Origin: Octopus sinensis | Lineage: Eukaryota | Direction: 5' to 3' | Assembly (NCBI RefSeq): GCF_006345805.1 | Contig: NC_042999.1 | Span: 168,640,001 to 168,704,000 of the forward strand | DNA: 64,000 nucleotides | Part shown: one piece after another, positions 13,122 to 26,965 of the stretch | How positions within the stretch are numbered: the first letter of the stretch is position 1 | How the letters are laid out: every line of letters begins with the position of its first letter | The notes under the pieces: generated by a model | What the model was told of the DNA's origin: nothing | Database searches by the model: none | The model's input: only the letters and a program-made list of their open reading frames with translations | Program-made: the position numbers and the translations under genes

Positions 13122-14297
13122 AAGATTTGGAGGCTTATATCAGAAACTAAGAAATCTTGAGTGTAATTGTTAAAGTTACATTATTTTCTTTTGAAAAGGG
13201 AATAAATATCATTGATAGGGGTAACAAATCACCTCTAATTAACATCATGGAAAGGAAGAGGAGAAAAGATTTGGACAATAAGGCAGACATGTTGCTCAGT
13301 TGATTGTTTTACAAGTAACATCAGAGCTCTATCTGAAAATATTATTTGTTATTTAATAGTCTGGTTCAAAATAATGACACAAAAAATAGCAATGAAAGCA
13401 ATAGAGAGAGAAATAGTAATCGTAACTGAAGAATGAGAAGTCAGCAAAAATACACTTTTGCACTTGAAAAGTTCTAAACAAGTTACAAAGGTTTTGGCAA
13501 TTTGCATGAAATATCCCGCTTCACAAAAGCTACACAAATGAATAGCCTTTGTGAACTGGGTATGCTATGTGATTATTCACTCTAAAATGTTAACACTTAT
13601 ATATGAAAATGTTTTCAAAAGCTTTCTTCCATTTTAATTATTTAAATTGTTATTACTATTTCAGATTTTTATTGAATCAATGATGTTTATATGAAAACAA
13701 TAATTCCAGTACCATGAGAACAAAAACAATGCCAACAATTGCAGCCTCATAGAGAGACATACTCCTGCTTTTCACAAGTATTCCAGTAATTGGAATTCAT
13801 TTGCTTTTCTGTGTCATTAAATAGCACTTATGAAGGAAAAGGACAGTATTCAAGTGGGATAGTAGCTCCACATACAATCTGTATCAGTCTATCTGAAATA
13901 CTACCATATTTTCCAATCTTTTTAAACTTACAAATTACATTTTTCTCAAAAAAGTCAAATGAAAATAATGTTTTTTTTTGACACATTCTACCAGTATACG
14001 AAGTTTCAAATTGTTTAGGTAACTAGAAATTCCGTCCATCAAAAGGAAAAGATCCCAGTGTTATTTATTTTTTACATTAATCTTAATCTTATTTCGGCCA
14101 GAGTTCTTTCGTCACACTCTTGTGACCGCATCAGTGGTCCTTTGCTTTCTTCTTTCTTACTAACGGCCAGTCATTTTGTATTTTGTATTTCTATTGTATA
14201 TGTCTTCATTTGTGCATGCGTATACCTCAATGTGTGTCTATGTTTAGTTAGTGTGTGTGTGTGTGGAAGTGCCTGTAATATTTGTATCTCCTGTTTC

Positions 14298-14832
14298 ATG
14301 TAAAAAGCACCCACTACACTCACGGAGGGGTTGGCGTCAGGAAGGGCATCCAGCTGTAGAAACACTGCCAGATAAGACTGGAGCCTGGTGCAGCCTTCTG
14401 GCTTCCCAGATCCCCGGTCGAACCGTCCAACCCATGCTAGCATGGAGAACGGACGTTAAACGATGATGATGATGATGATGTGCTTGAGGACACCTATTGA
14501 GTCAAGTACATCAACATCAAAACTCAAATGGAAATTGTAGCAGTGATACCTGTGCCAGCCCCACCTTGACTGGCTTACGTGCCAGTGGCACATAATAAGC
14601 ACCAACCAATCATGGCCGTTGCCAGCCTCGCCTGGACCTGTGCCGGTGGCACATAAAAAGCACCCACTACACTCACAGAGTAGTTGGCGTTAGGAAGGGC
14701 ATCCAGCTGTAGAAACACTGCCAGATCAGACTGGAGCCTGGTGCAGCCTCCTGGCTTCCCAGACCCCGGTCGAACTGTCCAACCCATGCTAGCATGGAAA
14801 ACGGACGTTAAACGATGATGATGAGGATGATG
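14298..14832 (+). mobile_element. Two tandem family B RTE-tail elements
   Basis: Both end in (gat)n, at about 14480 and 14832; the second carries more of the RTE 3' UTR. Confidence 0.85.
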
Positions 14833-15021
14833 ACATACTCTTTGGACTAAACTTTTACACGTTAGGCCACTGGAAATGAAAATTTTAATTAATTTCCATT
14901 TCCCTTTGATATGATTATATATATATAGGCTACCAAATAAACTATGTTTTGGGCACAACAACTCTTTGTTACTACTAAAATAACCTCAGAAATGAGGTTG
15001 GGTCACACAATTTTAAGGTCA

Positions 15022-16249
15022 ATTTTAAGCCAGGAAGTGGAAAGCAGAAGCAGAAACTGACGACATCTTGTCTTCTCTTATACACAGAGAAAGGACTTGG
15101 TTTTGGCGCAGATCAGTTCTGACCGTTTGCAAGCATGATGCGGAGTGAACGCAGATCTGTTGTTAGCAACAGCGTCAAAACAAGAGAAGCAGAGATAAGA
15201 GAGCTTCATTTGATCCGATGTGTTCATCAAGGTCAGATGACGAGATGGGAAGAAAATGCTGCTAAGAGGAAGATAAGTTGGGATGAGATGTGGAAGTGGA
15301 TGACATCTCGGCTGAGTTTCCTGATTCGTTCATCTTATGTTTTGCCATCACCTATGAATCTAGTAAGATGGAACGTCTTAGAGAATGACATCTGCAAATG
15401 TGGAAGGGTCGGTACACTGAAACATATTCTTTCCAACTGCTCACTAGCATTGAACGGGTTTACATGGAGACACAACTTGGTCGTTAAGGTTATCTTCAAT
15501 GCTATAAAGAACCAAATTCATCTCAACAACACTGAAGAAAAATGATTAAAAGTACCATCAAGAGATTTCATTACCTTCGTGCGACCAGGTCAGCAGATCC
15601 GTTTCAAGAAGATCAAGAAACTTTCTGAGAGAAATGAAAAGTGGAACGGCTATTGGGAGGTAACTGCAGATTTACCTGGGTGCCAGGTTTTCTTTCCCAT
15701 CCCAATTACAAAAAAACCAGATATTTTGATGTGGTGTGAAAGAAAGAAAGTTGTAAATATAGTCAAGTTAACGGTTCTTCATGAAGATAATATGGACGCC
15801 GCTCGGGCTCGAAAATTGAACCGTTATAAAAACCTCCTCGAGGAATGTGAAGATGTAGGCTGGAAAGCGGAACATTTTGCTATCAAAGTCAGATGTAGAG
15901 GGTTTGTTGGACACAGCGTGAGACGACTGTTGTTATCGCTAGGCCTAACTCATCGTAAAGTCAATACCACCATGACTGATATCCAATCTACAGTGGAGAA
16001 GGCTAGCCACTTGATTTGGTTAAAAAGAGATGATGAGCGATGGCTAGAAGTATATTGAGTTCTTCATAACCAGCTGATCTAGCAAGTGGGGCCTCATATC
16101 AGTGAGGGGGGCCAGTGCGCATTGATGCCGCTGAGAGGTAGGCCCCGAAACAGCGCGCATTCTCTCCTGATGACCCCATACACTTGCTAGCTTCCAGTAT
16201 ACAGAGCTTTTAACTGGTAGCACTTGCATGTGCAAGTTGTTTGCAAGAC
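15022..16249 (+). mobile_element. 5'-truncated HERO-like (R2/NeSL group, restriction-like endonuclease) non-LTR retrotransposon
   Basis: CCHC knuckle CKCGRVGTLKHILSNC, WRHN, KPDILMW..VKLTV (PD..D/ExK-type RLE); flanked by a 45-bp direct repeat. Confidence 0.8.
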
Positions 16250-16862
16250 AAAATAACCTCAGAAATGAGGTTGGGTCACACAATTTTAAGGTCATTTTCG
16301 AGCAATATTTCAATTTGCTTTTAATGTTTCACTTTTGTCTGGTGTTTCACACATGTGTAGAATTCAAATCAACAAACATTTATGAAAATGTATACATAAA
16401 TATTGTATTAAAATAAGCCACAACCAAAAAAATTTCCTTAAAAGATATCCATTTCTCTATATGTTATATGGACATACGGTCACTCACTCTCTCTCTCTCT
16501 CTCACATGCACACATACATACAAAAAAGATGTATGCATATGTATTTATGTATGTGTATATGAAATGAATATCACTTATACAGGCAAAAAATACATACACA
16601 ACAAACCCCTTCACTCCCTCAGTCTCTCTCATGCACACATGTCCATTTCATATACATGTACATACATCTTTCATTTTCTCTTTCTTTCACTGTCTGCTCT
16701 GACTTTAAAGCAAACATTGCTTTTTCACTTTCTCCTGTCTTCAAAGCATAAAATTTTTTTTTAAATGTTATGGAAATTAATGACCAATCATATGAACTCA
16801 TATGATCAAGTTGACAACTTTGCTGCTTCAAACGTAAGAATGCCATAAAATAACTTCCTTTG

Positions 16863-16899
<37 letters not shown>

Positions 16900-16908
<9 letters not shown>

Positions 16909-18138
16909 TGGTTAAAATTTCTGTGAAATTGTTATTTCTTGCTGTGTGCATGCGCAAAATTACAGCTCAAATCCAATTGAAATTACCTTTTGCTATTCTG
17001 TAATTTATGTTTGTGATGAGTGTATTTAAAAACCTGGTCTTCGATATAAACTTAAAAGGAAAATTTCCTTGAAATCCTGTCCTTTACCTGTTATTTCTAG
17101 CATGTCCAAGATTACTGGCTTAATGGAAGTTATTGTTTGTTTAAAAGTGAAGTGGGGAAGGTACAATTTGCATGAAAGTACTTTCTGCTCTTAAGAAGGA
17201 TTACAAACTATTTCATCATAGAAACTATATCATCATTTGCGCTCCCTTTTATTTTTTTTCTAAATTTCTTCATATTCCTATGCTTTCGATACAAGAGATA
17301 GGGATTTCACCCAAAAAACATTAATTTTTTAAATTTTCTCCCTCCACACTCCAATTTCTTCATTTTTTTTTTTTTTACTTTTCTCCCAAATTTTGTTCAA
17401 GAGGAAAAAAATGGAGTACAAATCTTTAATAATTTTCTTCTTCCTTTTTTTCTTAAAGAAATCCCAAAATCTCCTTCCCAAACATCCAACCATCACCTCA
17501 CCACTTTCAAAAACCTACAAACTCCTAATGTTTCACAATTAGCTTTTTGGAAAGCGGGGTAGTTTATTCATAAATAATGTTGTTTACCTGTTGTTTCTAG
17601 CATGTCGGGTTTTCTGGTATTTTTTACGTCTGCTATTTCAGTACAATTCTATGCATGCATGAAATATCAGATGAAAGTGAAACATTGGGAGGTTTTAGCT
17701 TTTTGAAAGTGAGTAGGTGATGGGTAGGTGAGGTGAGGGAAGGGGCATTGAGTGTTTCTTTAAGAAAAATTAAACTCTCAAAAAAATATATATTTCCCAG
17801 ATTTGTAATCTCTATTTTTCAGAGAATAAAAAAAATATTCAAAAAAGTTACAAATTAAGAAATTGCGGTGGAGACGGATGGTGGGGGAGCTAAAATTTTG
17901 AAAACGTGATTTCTGGGCAAAATCATATTAACCCCCTTTTATATGATGAAATAGTTTGTAATCCTTTATGCAAATTGTACCTTCCTCACTTCACTTTTAA
18001 ACAAACAATAACATCCATTAAGCCAGTACTCCAGTTCACTATATACCAGCTGTACCGCTTCTGTCCATGAGAAACAAACAACTAATGCAATGTGGATGTC
18101 GGGCATAACACCCGGGCAACGCCGAGATGCATTTCTAG
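16900..18138 (+). mobile_element. Helitron-like non-autonomous element with long internal palindrome
   Basis: 3' end cccgggcaacgccgag...CTAG|T; inverted arms 17113-17221 and 17943-18028; 5' boundary uncertain. Confidence 0.55.
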
Positions 18139-21100
18139 TGTGTTATAAAATGGCCGTTTAATTGAATCTACAAGATATTTTTGCTTTTGTTAAGTAGAAT
18201 TACAGAGTAAATTTTCAATGCATAGACACTAATGTTTTTATGGTGTTTCTTGCGATAATGGTAGAAAACAGGTCAACTTTGAAAAAAATTTTTAATGCTT
18301 GTTTACTAGAATTTTTGTTCAAAGATAGTTTTCTTACAAATTATCAATGTTTATAAATTTTTAGAAATAAATTTCATGATTATAAAACTAATTTAAAACA
18401 ATATTTAAAAGTTCATTATAATTTAATAAATGTCACAATTTTTATTTAAATCAAAGACACCGTTTTTGTTTTGTTTTTTTTTCAAACTCGACCTTTTTCT
18501 ACTATCAACTATTTATTTCAAAAGTGGAGAATATTTTTCACTAATAAAGTCCGGGGAGGGAGGCACAGAAATATTAAAGATTGCAAAGAAACGGGGTATG
18601 AGCTAAAAAAAAAAAAAAAGGTTGGAAACCACTCATCGAATGTATCCTTTCATGTTTTTAAATGGTATAGCGATTCGGATGCTAAAACTAGCAGATATAC
18701 TACTATAGTAGATTACAGGAATTATACACACATGGGTTTCATAAATAGTTGCTCAAACTAAATACTATAATTTCTTTCTAAGCCGAAGGGTCGGTTCGAT
18801 ACACTATATTCTTTGACGTCTCGCAGCAATTGAACCTACTGAACATATTCAAAAGATACCATCACCAATATCAATAGGATCAGTTTCATTACTAACGTTC
18901 TCCTAAATACCATGAACGTCAAAAAACCCTTGCTCTTTCTCGTAGCTTTTGTGAAAAGAAAAATCAGACAAATGGTTCTATATGCTGTTTTCTATATTTC
19001 ACTTTCCTTATATTGATTTAAAGAGTACGTTTCTATTTTTTTCTCCAATAAATCAAATGTTCATTTATTTCTACAATAAATTTAATGTTCTGAGTTAGAT
19101 GTAGTTTTCACTTCTAATCCCGCAAACCCGCAGCGGTTGTGTTTGCTTTCTATTTCTCCAAATCCAATAAACCAAGTACCAATAATTTACTTTAGTTTAA
19201 TTCCAACGGAGAATAGCAAAATCAAACTAAATATGAGTTATTAAATAGGAAAATTGTTACGTTCAACATGTCAACCAACTTGAAATCTCAGTTTTTCATT
19301 TCAATTATATACATACACAGAACACTATGCATATGACACTTTGGATGGGCCTCAGTCACCTATCTCCGGACTCATTTCTACGTACAACACATGCTAATCA
19401 AGAATCTTGATCATATTCGACAAAGAACGAAGAATTAACAAGATATGAGCATATGTATTGTGCGTGTATTTGGAGTATGCAAATAACCCAGAATAAGCAT
19501 GGGTGTGGCTCATTTCTTACATCTGATTTTTTAAAAAAAAGCTTGGGGTAAAGAAACAGGGCATTCTTTCGATATAACTCGACAAAATTGAAACATTTCA
19601 CTTTGGGTATTTCCGTTGAAGCAAATGACAGTTCTATTCTGTTTTCTGCTTGGAAATTTGCGGATTTTACCTACACACATGAAACAGGTAAGAAGAAATA
19701 CGCAAGGCTTTTTTTCCCTTCAAGTTTAAAATGAGACATTGCTGGCATAATTTTGGAAATAGCCCAAGTGAAATGTTTTGATTTTGTCGAGTTATATCGA
19801 AAGAATGTCAGAAACAGATATCCAAATGCACCTATTTTTCTCTTTAATTAAAAGAGGATGACAGTTTACGTTCTACGGGATAGAAATGAGCTTAATGTCA
19901 ATTAGGGAGAGCAAATTGTTACGTTCGAGTATTCAAGTTTAGCAAGCAGTAGTTAACAGGTAGCAATGTTTTTCGACTGCAATGTAAATATATGATGAGC
20001 AAGGTGATTGCAGTTTGCACCTGTAGTATCGATGTAAATCATGCGAGCTGATTAAAAAGGTATAATTTTCGAGATACGAAAATAATAAGTGTTGAATGAA
20101 AGAGAATGAACTGCTACTCGTCTCTGAGAACGGGAAAAGTAATAAGCGAAGGGGGAGGTTACCTTTAAGTGACATTCCTGAAATTATAAACAAATGCATA
20201 TGACTAAATACATGTCATTTCTTCCTTAATACAACTGTGTATATAATAGATATTTCTATCAATATTTAGCATTAAAATGTGATTTTTTTTCTTTTCTTAT
20301 GATATGAAAACGGAAAACATCTGATTAATCTGGTTTCCAGAAAATAGAATAAGAAATTGAAGTTTCTCACATTTTGTTTTTTAGATGAATTAATATTCAT
20401 TTCATTAAACAATACCAGGGTGGCGTGAAAATGGACTGAATTACTATTTTTAGGACTTATTTTAGAATAATGTTCACTGTTGAAGTGAGAAGACGGCACA
20501 GGAAATATTTTTTTAAAAAATCGAATCGAAATTAATAGATGATTCATGCAAGACTCTAAAGGAAACTCTGATTTTTGATAAACAGTTATTTCGTAATCGA
20601 GGTTTTCTATATCAAAATACATTCTTTTATTCTTTTACTTGTTTCAGTCATTAGACTGCGGTCATGTTGGAGCACCGCCGTGAATTTTTAGTCGAATGAA
20701 TCGACCCCCAGATATATATATATATGTATATATATCTTCATATCTTTCATTCATCAAGTAAACCACGACAAAAATATTTGGCAAATTTCTTAAAAGAATC
20801 AAGACTAATTTACATCATGCATATGTCGAAGAAAAATTCCAACACTCAATTAGTTATTATTATTGAAAATCTGCATTATATAAAGTAGAGAAAAACCTCA
20901 CATGATTTTAAAAAAATATTTCTTTGCTTTAAAATGCTAGTCGCCTGGTGGGGAAATGAAATTAAAATAGAGCGTGTTAATGTATAATGATAATTATATC
21001 TGCTAATTGAAAATGGGATTAGCTGAAGATGATTTGCGGAATGCAGAATTCAATGAATGACAATTGACGGCAAACAAAAATCTGTAAAAGCGAAAGTGTT

Positions 21101-22435
21101 GTTTAAGGGTCGTTTTTTTTTTTTGCTTATGGCATTCAAAAAAAATTGTTACTGCTGATAAGGGAGAGGAAAATCTTTACTAGAAGAATACATGAAGAAT
21201 TTCTAGAAAACAGAAATAAAAGCCTGTTTTATGCAACATTCAGGGAACGAGTGATAATTTTTTTACATGTTACAAACCTAGTGGACAGTCCATCTTTGTA
21301 GGTTTTTTTTTTTAAATTTAAATGTAATCACTCATATTTTCTTATAATAATTTCTTTTAATTTTAATTCGTCAACCAGAAGATTATTTCTGCTTTGTCAA
21401 GGCTAATTTCAAACGAAAAAAATGCCTATTAATATATGTTTGTGAATGCATTAATGTTGTTTAATCTTCCATCAGCTTTGGTCGAGCAAAACCTACGATC
21501 AAAGTAGATTCCATAAGAAATTCTATGTCGTGTTTAGAGTTTCGGGGTTAATGCACTGAAATCAGTAGTTCCCTTTTTTTAAGAAAGTAGGGCCTGACTC
21601 GAACAAGGTTTGGCAACTATTGCTACTAGATTGAACGAAGATGTCGAGGTTCTGCCAATGGCGCGTGTGAATGCATTAATACGGGTGGATTAATAGGATG
21701 AGGAGTGGAAACTGAAAGAACGAGAAGAGATTTGTTGAAAAGACTACTTTCAAGCTAGATACCGTAAAGAATGGCATTAAAACAATGATGGTCACTGCTG
21801 AGATCATATCGAGTTCACTAGAAACTGGCCACCAATCAGCTCAAAAGCAATACAGAAAACGCGTGAACAAAAAATTCAGGGTTGCAAAATCAATCAGTTC
21901 GTTAAACATTGATAATTAATTGTATGGCTTTTGGAGAAAGTAATTATGGGACAGCTAAAACGAAACGATAGACATGACATAGTCGTCGTATGAGTACACT
22001 GCTTAGTTCTCATTTAACTTAGTGATATACTGAAATATTGAACATAAAGAATAATGATAAATCAATAAAATATTCCTACCTTATTTCAAGAAGTACAAGT
22101 CAATAATTATTTTCTTGTTTGTATTTTCTTTGAATAAATACTGAAGTCAGTGAATATATTCCTTTTCTTATAACGTGGAGGGAGCTCGCCTTCTTTGTAG
22201 GATAGCAATCCGCGAAAAAGCACTGGAGACGTAAAAGGATGTGATTATATAGAAAGGTGGAAGAGAGTATCGAAAGTCAGGTGCGCGCTGCTGACTGCAA
22301 GGGAACAGAGGAGACGAGCAACGTTACTGCTTCGCAATGTATGGGTAACCATAGCGTAATAAATTATATATGGATCATCAAAAGCGTTAGAAATTATGTA
22401 TGGATCATCAAAAGGAACACTATTAAACGAATTTC

Positions 22436-22652
22436 TTACTCTTTTACTTGTTTCAGTCATTTGACTGCGGCCATGCTGGAGCACCTCCTTTAATCGAGCA
22501 AATCGACCCCGGGACTTATTCTTTGTAAGCCCAGTACTTATTCTATCGGTCTCTTTTTGCCGAACCGCTAAGTGACGGGGACATAAACACACCAGCATCG
22601 GTTGTCAAGCAATGCTAGGGGGACAAACACAGACACACAAACACATACGCAC

Positions 22653-22714
<62 letters not shown>

Positions 22715-22871
22715 TACGACGGGCTTCTTTCAGTTTCCGTCTACCAAATCCACTCACAAGGCTTTGGTCGGCCCGAGGCTATAGTAGAAGACACTTGCCC
22801 AAGGTGCCACGCAGTGGGACTGAACCTGGAACCATGTGGTTCATAAGCAAGCTACTTACCACACAGCCACT
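22436..22871 (-). mobile_element. SINE family A
   Basis: Reverse-complement match to family A. Confidence 0.9.
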
Positions 22872-23164
22872 ACAAAAGGAATCTTTTAATTTTTCATGTC
22901 ATCTGCAAGAGCTACAATTTTTTGCTATGATATCCAATAAGGCTTCCTACCTAAATATGTAAATATAGACATGAAACTGGAAAGATGTACAATGACTTTG
23001 TCATTTATTGATGCTTGCATTGATATTCTGGAAGTTGAAGGCTTCCTTTGACTTTGGTAGTCAGAAGCCAAGAGAGGGATGAAGACAGCACTGTTAACCG
23101 TGAACCATTGAGTCTTTAATGGTTGGGAAGCATTTTCAGAATATCATTTTTTTTTTTAGATAAC

Positions 23165-23577
23165 AGGCGCAGGAGTGGCTGTGTGGTAAGTAGCTTGCTA
23201 ACCAACCACATGGTTCTGGGTTCAGTCCCACTGTGTGGCACCTTGGGCAAGTGTCTTCTGCTATAGCCCTGGGCCAACCAATGCCTTGTGAGTGGATTTG
23301 GTAGACGGAAACTGAAAGAAGCCTGTCGTATATATGTATATATATATATGTGTATGTGTGTGTGTTTGTGTGTCTGTGTTTGTCCCCCTAGCATTGCTTG
23401 ACAACCGATGCTGGTGTGTTTACGTCCCCGTCACTTAGCGGTTCGGCAAAAGAGACCGATAGAATAAGTACTGGGCTTACAAAGAATAAGTCCCGGGGTC
23501 GATTAGATCGACTAAAGGCGATGCTCCAGCATGGCCGCAGTCAAATGACTGAAACAAGTAAAAGAGAAAGAGAAAGA
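23165..23577 (+). mobile_element. SINE family A
   Basis: Match to family A. Confidence 0.9.
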
Positions 23578-23848
23578 TGTGTAGATTGTAAACGGGAGCA
23601 GGGAGTTGGTTGATGAAAGTTATAGTGGGCAGTGATCAGTCCAGCAGTGAGAATTTAGTCCTGAGTTGGAACCTATTGGTCATTATTGCATTATATCTAT
23701 TTAGTCCTGAGTTGGAACCTTTACTGATTTGGGTAGGGGGTGATGTGGGATCAAATTACATTATAGTGACTCTCTTCACCTTTAATTCTAATAATTGAAA
23801 TGATAAGGAATCGAGAATTTATCTATCAGCATACTATACATCTCACGT

Positions 23849-24213
23849 GGAGGTGCAATGGCCCAGTGGTTAGGGCAGCGGACTCGCGGTCATAGGATCG
23901 TGGTTTCGATTCCCAGACCGGGCGTTGTGAGTGTTTATTGAGCGAAAACACCTAAAGCTCCACAAGGCTCCGGCAGGGGATGGTGGTGATCCCTGCTGTA
24001 CTCTTTCACCACAACTTTCTCTCACTCCACTCTTACTTCCTGTTTCTGTTGTACCTGTATTTCAAGGAACCGGCCTTATCCCCGAGAACTACGTTAAGGG
24101 TACACGTGTCTGTGGAGTGCTCAGCCACTTACACGTTAATTTCACGAGCAGGCTGTTCCGTTGATTCGGATCAACCGGAACCCTCATCGTCGTAACCGAC
24201 GGAGTGCTTCCAT
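23849..24213 (+). mobile_element. tRNA-derived SINE family D (OR-like)
   Basis: Head tggcccagtggttagggcagcggactcgcggtc...ggtttcgattccc; related pieces at 25672-25782, 48410-48708 and 61248-61398. Confidence 0.8.
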
Positions 24214-26184
24214 CCATCACTTCTGTCCTTATCTCTAACTATTTAACACTCCTCTCACACCCTTGTGAACTTATCCACCCACACTTCTCAATTTTCTGTC
24301 ACTATTCTCTCTTCTACTCACTTTCTTACACCTTGTGGGTACATCCAGATACCTCATCATCACCATATTTATCCATCTTTACAGTTGCTCTTACCCACCC
24401 TTATATAATGCAGTGTAGGCAACAAATTTCAATTAAAAAAAAATATTTTTTTTGTTACATACACATAAACTACTGATTCCTGCCAAATTTCTGATGCTAA
24501 CTTCAGATCTGATATCTGAATTTTTCGATCACATCCAGATTTTGTATAACTGAAAACCCCTATTTATCATTTTTTTTCTCACCTGGTTCTATTACAAAAG
24601 CCATATAAGCTACTTTTCTGTGCACCGTTTTATGCATATATGTATATACATATTTAAATAATTAGTGAATAAAGATATCTTTCCTCCTTTATTCTGGCTG
24701 AAGACAGACAGCGGAATTCTGATGGCAGAGTTACCAGCCCTGTGCCCAACCATCCACCCAAAGCACATTAGTATTTTGTTGTTACTACTGAAAGGCAATT
24801 TCCTGTTCTCTTTAGTCACTTGTAGGATGACACGCTTTCCTTCTGCAGGGACCCACAATAATCTCTCATCATATTTGGGTTGAAATTACCTTGGTATCTG
24901 TTTTCCATAATTGAGATCTGTTGGTGGAAGTACTTACCATGCTCATCACTCACAGCCCCAAGGTTGACCAGGAAGAAGCCAAGATGACAATGTAAAAAAA
25001 TGCATTTTTAAAGACAATCTGCATCACATATTTTCGTAGGATTTAAGCATGTTTTCTACGAGTTCATGGTGGTTTGTGGCTTCCAAGAAAATTTTTGACA
25101 GCTTCAACAAAAGATGTCCATGCTCCTAGTTCATTCTCATTTAGATCAGATGGAACCAATGAGTCATAGATGACACTGCATGTCTGTGGTCCAGTGAAAA
25201 CTCCAGCTTCTAGCTTAGCATTTGTCAATATTCCTTTGAATTTATCCTTTAAATAATCAGAAGCCACTACCTTGATGATCCATACCCATCACAAAATTTT
25301 TCATAAATCCAGGTTTAATGTGAAGTGGTGGAAAATGTACTTTCTGAGGGTCAATGAGTGCTGGGTGTTTCACATTGTGTTTACCAACAACATATTCAGT
25401 TCTAGGTTGCGTCATGTCTTTTGCACTGGTCCTTGTTGTCACTGCAGTCACATAGACACGAAAAGCACCTATGCTTTGTGAAGCCCAACTGTATTCCAAG
25501 AAGTAATGATACAACTTTAGGGTCCCCACAAACATTTGGTCCTTATATTTGATGAGTCTTAGCAGCAGTTCCATTGATTCATAAGTCTCATTAAGGCCAG
25601 TGGCATGTGCTACAGTATTGAAGGATTTTCATTATCATTGTGTAAGTATTATAGCTTTAATTGTTGTTGTTAGGCCTAGTGGTTAGGGCAGTGGACTCGC
25701 GGTCGCAGGATCGCGGTTTCGATTCCCAGACTGGGCGTTGTGTGTGTTTATTGAGCGAAAACACCTAAAAGCTCCACGAGGCTAGAGATAATTTACAGTC
25801 TCCATTCTTTAGGATCATAGCAAAAGCCAATCCTTTCCATCAGGTCACTGATATCATGGCAGAAACAAACATTTTCCTCCTGTAAGTAAAATTATAAAAT
25901 GGTGATGGCAGAAATGGGAAACTTTGGCTGGAGAAAATTCCATTCTTGAAGTCTGGAACCAAGCAACTCTGCCTTACCTTTTGGTAATTCCAAATCACAC
26001 ACTAAGTCATCTAACTTCGTTTGACTTAACAGATGTGGGTAAATAGTTGCATCTGGAAAATATATGCATTTTCCCCTATTTCTATATCTCTAGCAGAATC
26101 ATCAGATCAACAGCTGTCTGTTGTCACTGGTGATGGATTTGTTTCATCATGTGGCACTAGTTTTATTGCTGATTCAGTTTGGGT

Positions 26185-26596
26185 ACTCTTTTACTCTTTA
26201 CTCTTTTACTTGTTTCAGTCATTTGACTGCGGCCATGCTGGAGCACCGCCTTCAGTCGAGCAACTCGAACCTGGGACTTATTCTTTTGTAAGCCCAGTAC
26301 TTATTCTATCGGTCTCTTTTGCCGAACCGCTAAGTAACGGGGACATAAGCACACCAGCATCGGTTGTCAAGCAATGCTAGGGGGACAAACACAGACACAC
26401 AAACACACACACACACATATATATATATATACATACATATATACGACAGGCTTCTTTCAGTTTCCGTCTACCAAATCCACTCACAAGGCTTTGGTCGGCC
26501 CGAGGCTATAATAGAAGACACTTACCCAAGGTGCCACACAGTGGGACTGAACCCGGAACCATGTGGTTGGTAAACAAGCTACTTACCACACAGCCA
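26185..26596 (-). mobile_element. SINE family A
   Basis: Match to family A. Confidence 0.9.
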
Positions 26597-26965
26597 TGAT
26601 TTTTTTTTTTTGTTTTTCTTTGTGAAACCAGCAATCTTGGTCCAACAAAAATAACAATCACTGAAATGATTTTCTAGCCCACACTAAACTATAGGGACTG
26701 AGAACAGCATGGCTTTTTTTTTTTTTTACTATTCGTCTAAGCTATTAACATTGCATTGCAATAGGCACAGCAAATATGTGCTGTCCAGTCCTGCTTTTGC
26801 TCTCCTAACTCCCAGTTAAAATAATACTTGTAGCCAAGTTTAATCTTTGTTGTTATGTCTTTACATTGTGTCTTAAGTGTATATTGTCCTTAGATACAGC
26901 AACGGTTGTCTGGTTGATTTACACAAGTATGTCTATTTGATTGCATTTTAATTACCTTACAATAT

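Noticed and set aside
12718-13173. Long YI/YV-rich ORFs
   Set aside because: Translations of a (TA)n microsatellite
21715-21918. Open frame of ~65 codons (FVEKTTFKLDTVKNG...)
   Set aside because: No recognisable homology or convincing splice sites
22602-23613. Recurrent ORFs (MLGGQTQTH.., MSSNARGT.., MTTDAGV..) as a gene family
   Set aside because: Spurious frames of SINE family A
24925-24945. Splice donor gtaagt suggesting a host exon
   Set aside because: Lies within Chapaev transposase coding sequence (SDEHGKYFHQ)
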